Positions 10,364 to 21,385 are shown, counted from the first letter of the stretch. The stretch: 64,000 nucleotides of DNA from Candidatus Multivorans sp. (GCA_965224025.1 OZ245033.1:2976001-3040000); one strand, 5' to 3'. The notes: generated from the sequence alone by a model not told the origin. Numbers and translations are program-made.

Positions 10364-11383
10364 ATGACCGAGAACCGCCAGATCATCATCGATTCGCTGC
10401 CCAAGGACCGGCTCGAACCGGGCAACTACGCGCTGCGGACGGTGGAGGCGCCTGCGCCGGGCGACGGCGAAGTGCTGTGCCGCACGCTGGCGATCACGAT
10501 CGGCGCCGGCCAGCGCGCCGGTCTCCAGGGCAGTGCGAGCTACGCCGGAGCGCCGCGCGCAGGAATCGTGATGGGCGGCACCGCGGTGGCTCGGGTCGAA
10601 CAGTCGAGAGACGACGCGGTGCCGGCCGGGGCGCTCGTCGTCTGTCCGGCCGGTTGGCAGGACTACTCGGTGCACGAGGCATCGAAGGTGCGCGTAGTCG
10701 ATGACGGCGGCGGCGACAGCGTCGGCGACCCGGCCCACCACCTCGGCGTCTACGGCACGAACGGGCTGACCGCCTACTTCGGGCTGTTCGATGTCGGCGA
10801 GCCGAAGGAGGGCCAGACGGTCCTGGTTTCGGCGGCCGCCGGTTCGGTCGGCCACCTGGTCGGCCAGATGGCGAAGATCGCCGGCTGCCGGGTCGTCGGC
10901 GTCGCCGGCGGCGAGGCGAAATGCCGCCTGCTCACCGAGGAGTTGGGCTTCGACGCCGCGGTGGACTACAAGAGCCCCAACTTCCGGCTCGAGTTCAAGG
11001 AAGCGCTGCCCGAGCGCATCGACATCTACTTCGACAACACCGGCGGCGAGGTGCTGGGCGGCGCGTTGCGGCGGATGAAGACCCACGGCCGCATCGTCTG
11101 CTGCGGCGTGGTCTCCCAGTACGACACCTCGAGCCCGTCGCCGGGGCCGCGGGGTGTGCCGGGTCTGCTGATCAACTTCCGCATCCGCATGGAGGGTTTC
11201 CTGGTCTTCGACTACGCGGACCGCTACGGCGATGGCCGGGCTCGGATGCGGGAATGGGTCGAAGCCGGGAAGCTGGTTCCGAAGCAGGACGTGTTCGAAG
11301 GGCTCGAACGGGCGCCGGAGGCGTTCGTCGACCTGCTGGCGGGCGGCAACGTCGGTACGCGGATCGTGCGGGTGGCCTCGTGA
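10364..11383 (+). CDS. NADP-dependent oxidoreductase (CurA/prostaglandin reductase MDR family)
   Basis: GLTAYFGL, VSAAAGSVG, YFDNTGG, CGVVSQY motifs. Confidence 0.9.
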   Translation: MTENRQIIIDSLPKDRLEPGNYALRTVEAPAPGDGEVLCRTLAITIGAGQRAGLQGSASYAGAPRAGIVMGGTAVARVEQSRDDAVPAGALVVCPAGWQDYSVHEASKVRVVDDGGGDSVGDPAHHLGVYGTNGLTAYFGLFDVGEPKEGQTVLVSAAAGSVGHLVGQMAKIAGCRVVGVAGGEAKCRLLTEELGFDAAVDYKSPNFRLEFKEALPERIDIYFDNTGGEVLGGALRRMKTHGRIVCCGVVSQYDTSSPSPGPRGVPGLLINFRIRMEGFLVFDYADRYGDGRARMREWVEAGKLVPKQDVFEGLERAPEAFVDLLAGGNVGTRIVRVAS

Positions 11384-11435
11384 TCGGGCCGTACTGGTCG
11401 CGGTCCACAATCGCAGTCTCGTCAGAGGGGAAGAC

Positions 11436-12719
11436 ATGAACCGAGCGGCATTCTGGACCCTGGCGCTCGTCGCCGTGATGGCATGGGCGTGCGCCGGCCC
11501 TGCGAGCGAAGATGTGTACGACGCCGACCCGTCGCCCGAGGCGCTACTCGAACAAGCTCGAGCCATCCATGAACGCGTGCTGGTCCTCGATGCCCACGCG
11601 GATACAGAGCTTCCGGACGCGCCGTCTCCCTACGTCGGCGACGACGGGCTGTCCCAGGTCGCGCCGGCGAAGCTGCACGCGGGCGGCGTCGATGCGGTCG
11701 TCATGTCCGTCGCGGTTGGCGCCGGACCGAGGACGCCGGAAGGCTACGCCGCAGCCCGCGCGAGGGCGGAGGCGGAGGTTGCGGCCGTTCTCGAGTTGGC
11801 GGCCGACCCCGCGAACAACGCGGTGGTCGCCCGTTCGGCGGACGAGCTGGTCGCGGCCCACGAGGAGGGGGAGGCGGCGCTCATTCTCGGATTCCAGAAT
11901 GCCATGATCCTCGGTACGGACGTCTCGGCGCTGGACGACTTCTACGCTGCCGGAGCACGGGTGTTCGCGCTCACACACCTGGGGCACAACGACTTCGCCG
12001 ATTCGTCCCGGCCCGTCTTCGATGCGGCCACGGGTACTCACGAAGCGGTCGAGCACGGCGGGCTGTCCGAACTGGGCGTCGCGGCCATCGAGCGGATCAA
12101 CGCACTTGGAGGGGTTGTCGACGTCACCCAATTGTCCCGGGACGCGGCCCGGCAGGTCCTTGAGATCTCGAAGGCGCCCGTGATCGCCAGCCACTCGAAC
12201 GTGAGACAGCTCACCGACGTCAGCCGCAACCTGAGCGACGAGGAGATCGACGGCATCGGCGCCATCGGCGGCGTCATCCACGTCTGCCCGTTCCGGGGCT
12301 ACCTCTACGACTCCAACGATGCGGCGCTGGATGCGGCGATCCGGGAGGCGCGGCGCGCCGCCGGCGTCCTGGAGGACTACCTCTATCCCTTCGAGCTGTA
12401 CTGGGAGATCGACGATCCCGGCGCTCGCTCAGCCTTCACGCAGTCGATCAGCGATCTCCTCGGCCCCGGCAGCGTGGACGCGATGCTCGACCACCTCGAC
12501 TACATCGTCGAACGGATCGGCGTCGACCACGTCGGCATCGGATCAGACTTCAACCATGGCGGCGGGGTCGAAGGCTTCGCGGACGCCAGCGAAGCTCTGG
12601 GAGTGACGGTGGGTCTGCTCGAGCGCGGCTACCGCGAGGAGGACATCGCGAAGATCTGGGGCGGCAACTTCCTCAGGGTGATGCGCGCGGCTGAAGGCGC
12701 GAGGAGTTCGGACGAGTAG
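11436..12719 (+). CDS. Membrane dipeptidase (peptidase M19), lipoprotein
   Basis: DAHAD, ASHSN, RNLSDE, HVGIGSDF, IWGGNFLRV; signal with lipobox-like WAC. Confidence 0.9.
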   Translation: MNRAAFWTLALVAVMAWACAGPASEDVYDADPSPEALLEQARAIHERVLVLDAHADTELPDAPSPYVGDDGLSQVAPAKLHAGGVDAVVMSVAVGAGPRTPEGYAAARARAEAEVAAVLELAADPANNAVVARSADELVAAHEEGEAALILGFQNAMILGTDVSALDDFYAAGARVFALTHLGHNDFADSSRPVFDAATGTHEAVEHGGLSELGVAAIERINALGGVVDVTQLSRDAARQVLEISKAPVIASHSNVRQLTDVSRNLSDEEIDGIGAIGGVIHVCPFRGYLYDSNDAALDAAIREARRAAGVLEDYLYPFELYWEIDDPGARSAFTQSISDLLGPGSVDAMLDHLDYIVERIGVDHVGIGSDFNHGGGVEGFADASEALGVTVGLLERGYREEDIAKIWGGNFLRVMRAAEGARSSDE

Positions 12720-12722
12720 CCC

Positions 12723-12750
12723 GGGAACGCGGGCGTCTCGCCCGCCTCCG
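12723..12750 (+). repeat. REP-like palindrome family A
   Basis: GGGAACGCGGGCGTCTCGCCCGC hairpin directly after a stop codon; related copies near 19960, 28830 and 40890. Confidence 0.7.
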
Positions 12751-12839
12751 GGTGTGGAGTCCGCTGTAGCAGGTGGCGCCACGGAGTGAGGTGGCGTTAC
12801 ACTAGATCGACCAGTTCAGTTCCGATTTGGAGGTCCCGA

Positions 12840-13943
12840 ATGATGAAGCGCTTCGCAAGCCTGCTGTCGATAGCCGTCCTCGTTCTCGTCTGTGTCCCGG
12901 CCGTGGTTGCTCAGGACGACGGGATTCCGCGAACCGCGAGCGGCAGACCCGATCTGACTGGAAGCTACAACGCAGCCACCCTGACTCCTCTCGAACGGCC
13001 AGCGCAGTTCGGCGAGCGGGCCTACCTGACGCCCGAGGAGGCCCAGGCGATCGCCGACGAGGAGCGCGCGATCCAGGAAGGCGCGGTCGAGCCGTCGGAC
13101 GCGGCTCGCGAGGCGCCGCCCGAGGGAGGCGCCAAGGTGGTCGGCCTGGAGCACACCGCTGGCGGCGGCAACGAGTTCGGCGCCGGCAACGTGGGCGGCT
13201 ACAACCTGTTCTGGATCGATCGGGGAACCGACGCCTACCGCGTCGACGGCCAGATCCCGACCTCGATCATCCTCGATCCTCCGAATGGCCGCATGCCGCC
13301 AATGACTCCGGCGGCGCAGAAGAAGATGATGGACGCCTTCGCGAGTTTCCTGCGTCCCAACGATGGGACCGCTTGGTGGGTCGAACAGGACGGGCCCGGC
13401 CCGTACGAAGGGCCCGAGACGCTCCCGCTGAGCGAGCGGTGCCTTGCCGGCTTCACTGGCGCCGCGCCCACCCTTCCGAGTCTGTACAACAACTTCAAGA
13501 GGATCGTCCAGACCGACACGCATGTCGTCATCCTCCTGGAGATGATCCATGACGCCCGTGTCGTGCGCCTCGACTCCGAGCATGAGGCTCCCGAGGTCAC
13601 GAAGTGGCTGGGCGACTCGATCGGCTGGTGGGAGGGCGACACGCTTGTCGTCGATACAACGAACTTCCGTTCCGAACCGGCATTCCGTGGAGGCTCGGAG
13701 AACACGCACGTCGTCGAGCGCTTCGCCCTGCAGCACGACGGCAGCGTGATCTACAACTTCACGGTCGAGGACGACACGGTGTGGACTGCACCCTGGACCG
13801 GCGAGTACCTGTGGCAGGCGAGCGACGATCGTGTCTACGAGTACGCGTGCCACGAAGGCAACTACTCCATGGGCGGCACCCTGCGCGGCGCCCGGGTCCT
13901 CGAGGCGGACGCGCTGAGCGGAGAGAGCACCGGCGCCGAGTAA
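12840..13943 (+). CDS. Secreted conserved hypothetical protein
   Basis: Signal peptide; GRPDLTG, WLGDSIGWWEGDTLVVDT and YEYACHEGN motifs of a widespread uncharacterised family. Confidence 0.75.
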   Translation: MMKRFASLLSIAVLVLVCVPAVVAQDDGIPRTASGRPDLTGSYNAATLTPLERPAQFGERAYLTPEEAQAIADEERAIQEGAVEPSDAAREAPPEGGAKVVGLEHTAGGGNEFGAGNVGGYNLFWIDRGTDAYRVDGQIPTSIILDPPNGRMPPMTPAAQKKMMDAFASFLRPNDGTAWWVEQDGPGPYEGPETLPLSERCLAGFTGAAPTLPSLYNNFKRIVQTDTHVVILLEMIHDARVVRLDSEHEAPEVTKWLGDSIGWWEGDTLVVDTTNFRSEPAFRGGSENTHVVERFALQHDGSVIYNFTVEDDTVWTAPWTGEYLWQASDDRVYEYACHEGNYSMGGTLRGARVLEADALSGESTGAE

Positions 13944-14009
13944 GGCCGCGCCGGTACGGCGCCGACCAGGTACGGCGTCGGTACGGCGGCGGTAGCACCC
14001 GCCCGTCTT

Positions 14010-14170
14010 GGGTCAGGAGGGGTCAGCTCCCAGGTGGCGTGAGCGTTTGAGAGGAGATGGGAGGGGGCTACGCTCACTCCGCTTCACTCGCTCCGGTTCG
14101 GCGTCGGTTAGTTCAATGTCGTTGGGCGTCGCTCGTTCAGAGGCACCTGGGAGCTGACCCCTCCTGACCC
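14010..14170. mobile_element. 161-bp non-autonomous element with perfect 27-bp terminal inverted repeats
   Basis: GGGTCAGGAGGGGTCAGCTCCCAGGTG (14010-14036) is the exact reverse complement of 14144-14170; no target duplication evident. Confidence 0.6.
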
Positions 14171-14294
14171 GACTGGGCTGGAAGTCGGTGCCGAGCGGGC
14201 TGATTACGACGGGGAGCACGCCGCCTTCAACCTGACGTGGCGCGAAGAGCCCAAGAGGAAGATCAAGAGCCACACGAAGCTGGGCACGCTAACG

Positions 14295-14600
14295 ATGCCT
14301 GGCTATTCCACCCACGCCGGCGACCACAGTCACGAGTACGGGAACTTCCCTGACCCTCGTAGTCAGACCGGGGGGTACGTGGAGAGGGCCATGAAAGCCA
14401 AGAGTAGGGAGGACGGGCGGTTCCGGGAGCGAGTTTCGGAGTGGCAAGGTGTGGCGCCCAAGACCGCCTATGACCAGTGGAGGCGGAACCGGGTTCAGAT
14501 CGTGAGGAATGCGTGGAAAAGGGAAGGTCGCAGCGAAGCTCCCCTGTTTGAGATGGAGGAGTGGTACGAGCAGAGACGCGGTGCTGCCGCCAGCTCCTGA
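14295..14600 (+). CDS. Hypothetical protein, possibly the C-terminal fragment of a truncated gene
   Basis: Frame stays open upstream into the inverted-repeat element; no recognisable motif. Confidence 0.35.
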   Translation: MPGYSTHAGDHSHEYGNFPDPRSQTGGYVERAMKAKSREDGRFRERVSEWQGVAPKTAYDQWRRNRVQIVRNAWKREGRSEAPLFEMEEWYEQRRGAAASS

Positions 14601-14648
14601 AGGAGTCGCCTGGTGTCCGGAGCCGTATCCGCGGGCAGAGAGGACATC

Positions 14649-14941
14649 GTGACGTCGGAGGCTCAAGACCGCTGCCGTGGCCTCATGGTCGGCCTCGGCA
14701 TCGGCAACGTCCTTGGCGTGCCACAGGAGGGTTGGCCACGTCGGACGGTCGAGGCTTGCTACCCAACGGAATCCGTGAGTTCGAACTAGGACTCGGTGAG
14801 CCCGACGACGACGATCTGGCCCAGGCGGTCATCCTGGCGGAGGCGGTCATCCTGGCGGAGGCGGTCATCCTGGCGGAGGCGGTCATCCTGGCGGAGGCGG
14901 CCATCGACGCACGCGCTGGCCGAGCGCTCGGCCGGTGCTAG
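14649..14941 (+). pseudogene. ADP-ribosylglycohydrolase N-terminal remnant
   Basis: MTSEAQDRCRGLMVGLGIGNVLGVPQEG, frameshift near 14763, then PDDDDLAQA at the TDD motif position; truncated by the convergent vapC. Confidence 0.7.
14823..14900 (+). repeat. 18-bp tandem repeat, about 4.3 copies
   Basis: AGGCGGTCATCCTGGCGG at 14823, 14841, 14859 and 14877 (AVILAE repeats). Confidence 0.95.
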
Positions 14942-15354
14942 CGGATGAGTTGCGCTGAACCGGTAAGTCCCGCGGCGGTCATGGCCTGAGCGAGGGTCTT
15001 GTCGGCGGTTGCGAGCGGGCAGTCGAGTTGTTGGGCCAGCGCCGCGTAGACGGCGTCGTACACGGTGAGGTCCAAGGCGAAAGCCAAGCTGCGGGCCGGT
15101 GGGATGAGTTCGGCCAGTGGCGTCAGCATCATCGGCACGGCGGCTAGCGTCTGAAACGCGACGTCGGCGTCGGGTCGTGACAGAGCGCCCCGGCGGACCT
15201 TCGTCCAGAGAACGTTCGCGGCTTCCAGCAGCAAGAAGTCCGGGGCGTGAAGGACATCCCGGTCCAGGAGTTCGAGGGCGTCAGGGCTGCCTTCCTCTTC
15301 GAGAACCCACTTCAAGGCGGCACTGGCGTCAACGACGACGCGTTGGAGCGGCAA
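14938..15354 (-). CDS. vapC: VapC/FitB PIN-domain toxin
   Basis: VVVDASAALKW, E.ANVLW, VYDAVYAALA, LATAD. Confidence 0.9.
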   Translation of the reverse strand: MPLQRVVVDASAALKWVLEEEGSPDALELLDRDVLHAPDFLLLEAANVLWTKVRRGALSRPDADVAFQTLAAVPMMLTPLAELIPPARSLAFALDLTVYDAVYAALAQQLDCPLATADKTLAQAMTAAGLTGSAQLIR

Positions 15355-15360
15355 GGCGGG

Positions 15361-15612
15361 TCAGCCCGAGAGGTCGTGGGCTCTTCCGTCCCGCAGTTTC
15401 CGAACCAGATGCTCGACGGGCTCGTCGTCGTCGTGGGCTATCGCCGCACGGACGGCGTTGAGCCGAGCCCGCGTTGCTTCCCGGTCGATGCCCACGGCCA
15501 TCGCCAGCGACCGGCGCGCTTCTTCCTCGGTTGACGTGCCTGCGGCCGCTGCGCGGCGCCGCAAGGCCTGCACTACTGCTTCGTCGACGTTGCGTATGGT
15601 GAGTTGGCCCAC
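15361..15612 (-). CDS. FitA-like ribbon-helix-helix antitoxin
   Basis: GTG start MGQLTIRNVDEAVVQALRRRAA...STEEEARR; directly upstream of the PIN toxin. Confidence 0.85.
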   Translation of the reverse strand: MGQLTIRNVDEAVVQALRRRAAAAGTSTEEEARRSLAMAVGIDREATRARLNAVRAAIAHDDDEPVEHLVRKLRDGRAHDLSG

Positions 15613-15622
15613 GGGCCGAGAG

Positions 15623-15650
15623 ATTACAATGACAGCGCATTCATTGCAAT
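15623..15650 (-). promoter_or_regulatory. Inverted-repeat operator of the FitAB-like TA operon
   Basis: ATTACAATGA-N8-TCATTGCAAT (9/10 match) about 10 nt upstream of the antitoxin start. Confidence 0.6.
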
Positions 15651-15664
15651 CATAGTTGTGGTTG

Positions 15665-16084
15665 CTACTTCGCCGACCCAACCAGCCCCAGCAGCTCGTC
15701 GACCTCCTTCGGCACCGCCGCACTCAGGACTTCCGGCTCGCCTTCGGTGATCAGCACCGTGTCCTCGATGCGGATGTGGATGTTCCGTTCGGGGATCTCG
15801 ATGATCGGCTCGACGGCGATGACCATGCCGGGTTCGAAGGGCAGGGAGCCGTCGCCGACGTCGTGGACGGAGAGGCCGACGAAGTGGCCGGCGCCGTGGG
15901 CCGGCTTGTCTTTGAAGCCCCAGTGGTCGTAGATCTCGCGGCGGATCGCGGTGGTCTCCCGGCGGGTGGCGCCGGGGCGCGTGGCGGCGATGATCGCCTT
16001 CTGGGCTTCGAGGACGGCGCGGTAGGCGCGTTCCTGGACCTCGTCGAACTTCCCGTTCACGGGCCAGGTGCGGGTGATGTCCAT
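15665..16084 (-). pseudogene. Xaa-Pro aminopeptidase (M24) C-terminal fragment
   Basis: DITRTWP, HGAGHFVGLSVHD, AVEP, IRIEDTV present; N-terminal part absent and replaced by lower-GC non-coding DNA. Confidence 0.8.
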
Positions 16085-16292
16085 CGCAGGGATACGGATA
16101 TGTTCGGCCAGCGGTGCATGCCGAAATTCTTAACCGGCAGGTAAGAAGTGCTGCTTACAGGCCAGTATTTTCGGCTCTTGCGCGAAAACTGTTGCAAGAC
16201 GCCGGTTTCTTGGTCGATTGACAGGGCACAGACTAGGAATTGTGTGATCTCTTGAGTCGGGATCCGATTTTCCCGGTCCCGCCGCCGAAATT

Positions 16293-17945
<1,653 letters not shown>

Positions 17946-18007
17946 GGCGCGAGATTAGCCCGGATGAAGGTTGCCGGTGAAGTCCCGCTGGTAGTCTGCG
18001 GCGTGCC

Positions 18008-19168
18008 ATGCGCAGGTCTGTTCCCCTTCTCCTGCTTGCCGCGGCGCTCGCCGGCGGGTGTCTTGGCCCGGGGCTCTTCGTGGAGGTGACCCGGCGCCCC
18101 TGGGGAGAGGTCGACGGCAAGGAGGTCGAGCTGTTCCGCCTTGAATCGCGTTCCGGCGCCAGCGTGGAGATCTCCGAACTGGGCGGCGCGATCGTGTCCC
18201 TGACGGCCGCGGACCGGGACGGCGAGTTCGCCGATGTCGTGCTGGGTTTCAACGACCTCGAATCCTATCTGGCTGACTCGAACCCCTACTTCGGCACGAT
18301 CGTGGGCCGCTACGCGAACCGAATCGCTGGGGGTCGGTTCACGCTCGACGGAGAGACGTACACCTTGCCGCAGAACGACGGGAACAACAGCCTCCACGGC
18401 GGCGTCCGCGGGCTGACCCGGGTCGTCTGGGACGGCGAGCCGATCCGGACCGAACACGGCAGGGGGGTAGCGCTCCGCTACCGGAGTCCGGACGGCGAGG
18501 AGGGCTATCCGGGCAACGTCGACTTCGAAGTGCGCTACGTTTTGGGTTTCAATGCACTCCGCATCGAAGCGGAGGCAGTGACCGATCAACCCACTGTCGT
18601 CAACCTGTCTTTCCACTCCTACTTCAATCTGAAGGGCGAGGGCAAGGGTGACATCCTGGACCACGAAGTCCAGATTCTCGGTGTCGAATACACGCCGGTT
18701 GACGCCAACCTGATTCCCACCGGCGAGACTGCGTCCGTTCTTGGAACGCCGATGGATTTCGTACGCGGAGCGAGGATCGGCGAGCGGATCGACGACGATT
18801 TCGAGCAGCTACGGTTCGGCATGGGCTATGACCACAACTGGTCTATCGACCCCTGGTACAGAGAGGGCGAGCCTGCGCCGGTGGCGGTGCTCTCCGAACC
18901 GACGAGCGGTCGGGTGCTCCAGGTCACGAGCACGGCACCCGGCCTGCAGCTCTACACCGGGAACTTTCTGGACGGCACGCTGGTCGGTAAGAGCGGCCGA
19001 CCGTACGTCCATCGGGGCGGTCTCTGCCTGGAGACGCAGCACTTCCCCGACTCGCCGAACCAACCGGCGTTCCCCAGTACCGTCCTCCGGTCGGGCGAGA
19101 CATACCGCCAGGTAACAGAGTACGTGTTCATGACAGACGACTTTGTTCGCCAGGCCCGCGGGGAGTAG
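18008..19168 (+). CDS. galM: Aldose 1-epimerase (galactose mutarotase), lipoprotein
   Basis: GRYANRI, SLHGG, HSYFNL, GYDHN, CLETQHFPDSPN; lipobox LAGGC. Confidence 0.93.
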   Translation: MRRSVPLLLLAAALAGGCLGPGLFVEVTRRPWGEVDGKEVELFRLESRSGASVEISELGGAIVSLTAADRDGEFADVVLGFNDLESYLADSNPYFGTIVGRYANRIAGGRFTLDGETYTLPQNDGNNSLHGGVRGLTRVVWDGEPIRTEHGRGVALRYRSPDGEEGYPGNVDFEVRYVLGFNALRIEAEAVTDQPTVVNLSFHSYFNLKGEGKGDILDHEVQILGVEYTPVDANLIPTGETASVLGTPMDFVRGARIGERIDDDFEQLRFGMGYDHNWSIDPWYREGEPAPVAVLSEPTSGRVLQVTSTAPGLQLYTGNFLDGTLVGKSGRPYVHRGGLCLETQHFPDSPNQPAFPSTVLRSGETYRQVTEYVFMTDDFVRQARGE

Positions 19169-19229
19169 CCTGCCAGGCCGCTGTTCCTCTGACTAAGGAG
19201 GATGAGGCGAGAGAGATTCCTTCGAGCGG

Positions 19230-19259
19230 TTGACGGAGATTCCGAATGGGGGCTATTGT
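19230..19259 (+). promoter_or_regulatory. Sigma70-like promoter, probably leaderless vapBC transcript
   Basis: TTGACG-N18-TATTGT ending 6 nt before ATG 19266. Confidence 0.5.
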
Positions 19260-19265
19260 GGAGTC

Positions 19266-19469
19266 ATGAAGACCACCGTTGATATTCCTGAACGTGAACT
19301 CGAGGATGCGATCAGGTTCACGAACGCGAAGACGAAGCGCGAGGCGATCGTCGGAGCGATCGCGGACTTCAACCGACGCATGCGCATGGCGGAGCTGGTT
19401 CGATTCGCGGGAACCTGCGACGACCTGATGACGCCTGAAGAGCTCCAGGCGCTTCGCCGCCGTGGTTAG
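19266..19469 (+). CDS. vapB: VapB antitoxin
   Basis: MKTTVDIPE...AKTKREAI; upstream of a PIN toxin. Confidence 0.85.
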   Translation: MKTTVDIPERELEDAIRFTNAKTKREAIVGAIADFNRRMRMAELVRFAGTCDDLMTPEELQALRRRG

Positions 19470-19474
19470 AACGG

Positions 19475-19858
19475 GTGATTCTCGTTGACACCTCGTCCTG
19501 GATCCACCTGCTGCGTCCGCATGGCGACCCGGCCGTTCGCGCTCGGGTCGAAGCCGCCCTGACGTCCGGACAGGCCTGCTGGTGTCCGGTGGTGCAGCTT
19601 GAACTCTGGAACGGCGCCCGCGGCGGTCGGGAGCGGAAGGTGCTGCGGCGCTTTGCCGATACGCTCCCGGAACTGCCAATCGAAGGCGATGTCTGGCAAA
19701 GGGCCTACGAGTTGGCGTCTCGCTCACGAGCCCGAGGGATCACGGTGCCGGTAACCGACATCCTCATCGCTGCGTGCGCGGCGCATCACGGCGCTGCCAT
19801 CGAGACCGCCGATTCAGACTTCGACCTCTTGTTGTCGGTGGATGAGGCGACGAGCTAG
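19475..19858 (+). CDS. vapC: VapC PIN-domain toxin
   Basis: MILVDTSSWI, ELWNGA, DILIAACA, TADSDF. Confidence 0.92.
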   Translation: MILVDTSSWIHLLRPHGDPAVRARVEAALTSGQACWCPVVQLELWNGARGGRERKVLRRFADTLPELPIEGDVWQRAYELASRSRARGITVPVTDILIAACAAHHGAAIETADSDFDLLLSVDEATS

Positions 19859-19884
19859 CGAGCTTGCGCGGCAGAACGATCTGA

Positions 19885-19990
19885 CCTGGGAACCCGTGTG
19901 GCGCGACCCGCGCCACACGCGAACCACTCCGTGCGCCCGTCATCGGAAGCACGGATGGCACGCGGGCGTCTCGCCCGCATCCGGCGCGAA
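19885..19990 (+). repeat. Composite REP-like element family A (three hairpins)
   Basis: CCTGGGAACCCG..GGCGCG..CGCGCC..CCGTGCGCCCGTCATCGG..GCACGG..GCGGGCGTCTCGCCCGCATCCGGCG; near-identical inverted copy at 40885-40986. Confidence 0.8.
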
Positions 19991-20155
19991 GCGCCGGCTT
20001 CCGGGAGTTCTGTCGCGCTAGCGAGCGCCACTCCGCGAGTCGTCCCGGTGCGGCCCGAAACCCTCGCGCCGGCTCCGCGTAGGTTAGGACCATAGAATGC
20101 CCGCCATGAAACGACTGACCGGTGGAGTGCGTCCGCCGGTGCTACCGGTGCGCCG

Positions 20156-21385
20156 GTGAGCGCCCTGGCGAGTCCGGGCGGTGGCTCCGAGCCGCCGGCG
20201 CGACCGGATCTCTCCATCCTCCGCGCCGACGACGAGTACGAATACCGGCCTCGCCGGGGCCGCTACATCAAGTGGGGCATCTTCCTGGTGCTCGTCATAG
20301 CGGCGGTCTACGCATGGCGCACGGTGCCGTTCGACCAGTACGCGCCGTGGCTCATGCCCGAGGTGGAGACGGTGACCGTGCAGCGGCTGACGGCGGAGCA
20401 GGCGTCGGCGGTGCTCAACGCGACCGGCTACACGTACGCGCGGGTGCGGGCCGCCGTGGGAGCGAAGATCACGGGCCGGATCACGGAGCTCTACGTCGAC
20501 GAGGGGGACGCGGTGGCGGCCGGGGATCTGATCGCCGTACTGGACAGCAAGGATCTGGAGGCTGCGGTGCGTCGGGCCGAGGCGGCCCTGATCGAGTCGA
20601 CGGCGCGGCTTGCCGACGCGGTGCGCGAGGAGGGTCGTCAGCGCCGGGTCGTCGAGGCGGGCGTGGCCCCCAGTGCCGACCACGACGCGGCGATCACGAC
20701 GCTCCAGGTGGCGAAGGCCCAAGTCGGCACGGCGCGCGCCAACCTCGACTCGGTCCGGGCCCAGTTGGAGTACACGGTCATCCGCTCCCCGGTCGACGGC
20801 GTGGTCATCGAGCGCACGGTCGAAGTGGGCGAGATGGTGGCGCCGGGCGGGTTCACCAGCCAGCAGTCGACCGGGGCGCTGGTGCGGATCGCCGATCCGA
20901 CCTCCCTCGAGGTCGAGGCGGATATCAACGAGAGTTACATCGCCCGCATCGAACTCCGCCAGCCTGCCGCGATCCGGGTCGATGCCGTGCCCGACCACGA
21001 GTACAGCGGCAGTCTGCGCCAGATCGTGCCGACGGCCGATCGCCAGCGGGCCGTGGTCCAGGTCAAAGTGACGATCGACGACCGGGACGAACGCCTGGTG
21101 CCGGACATGAGCTGCACCGTGACCTTCCTGCAGGAGGGTACGGACCAGGCCGCGCTCGAGGCGGCGCCGAAGGTCTTGATTCCGGCGGTCGCGGTCGTGA
21201 CCGAAGGCGGCCGGAGCTACACCTGGGTTGTCCGGGATGGCGCCCTCGTCCGCTCGGCGATCGAGTTGGGCCTGGAGCAGGACACCGACTTCGAAGTGCT
21301 GTCGGGTTTGAGCGGCGGCGAAACGGTCGTGCGGCAACCGTCGGCGGATCTCGTCGACGGGATGCGGGTGCGCGAGGTCTCGTGA
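20156..21385 (+). CDS. MacA-like membrane fusion (periplasmic adaptor) protein
   Basis: TM anchor; GRITELYVDEGD, IRSPVDGVV, LEVEADINE. Confidence 0.9.
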   Translation: MSALASPGGGSEPPARPDLSILRADDEYEYRPRRGRYIKWGIFLVLVIAAVYAWRTVPFDQYAPWLMPEVETVTVQRLTAEQASAVLNATGYTYARVRAAVGAKITGRITELYVDEGDAVAAGDLIAVLDSKDLEAAVRRAEAALIESTARLADAVREEGRQRRVVEAGVAPSADHDAAITTLQVAKAQVGTARANLDSVRAQLEYTVIRSPVDGVVIERTVEVGEMVAPGGFTSQQSTGALVRIADPTSLEVEADINESYIARIELRQPAAIRVDAVPDHEYSGSLRQIVPTADRQRAVVQVKVTIDDRDERLVPDMSCTVTFLQEGTDQAALEAAPKVLIPAVAVVTEGGRSYTWVVRDGALVRSAIELGLEQDTDFEVLSGLSGGETVVRQPSADLVDGMRVREVS

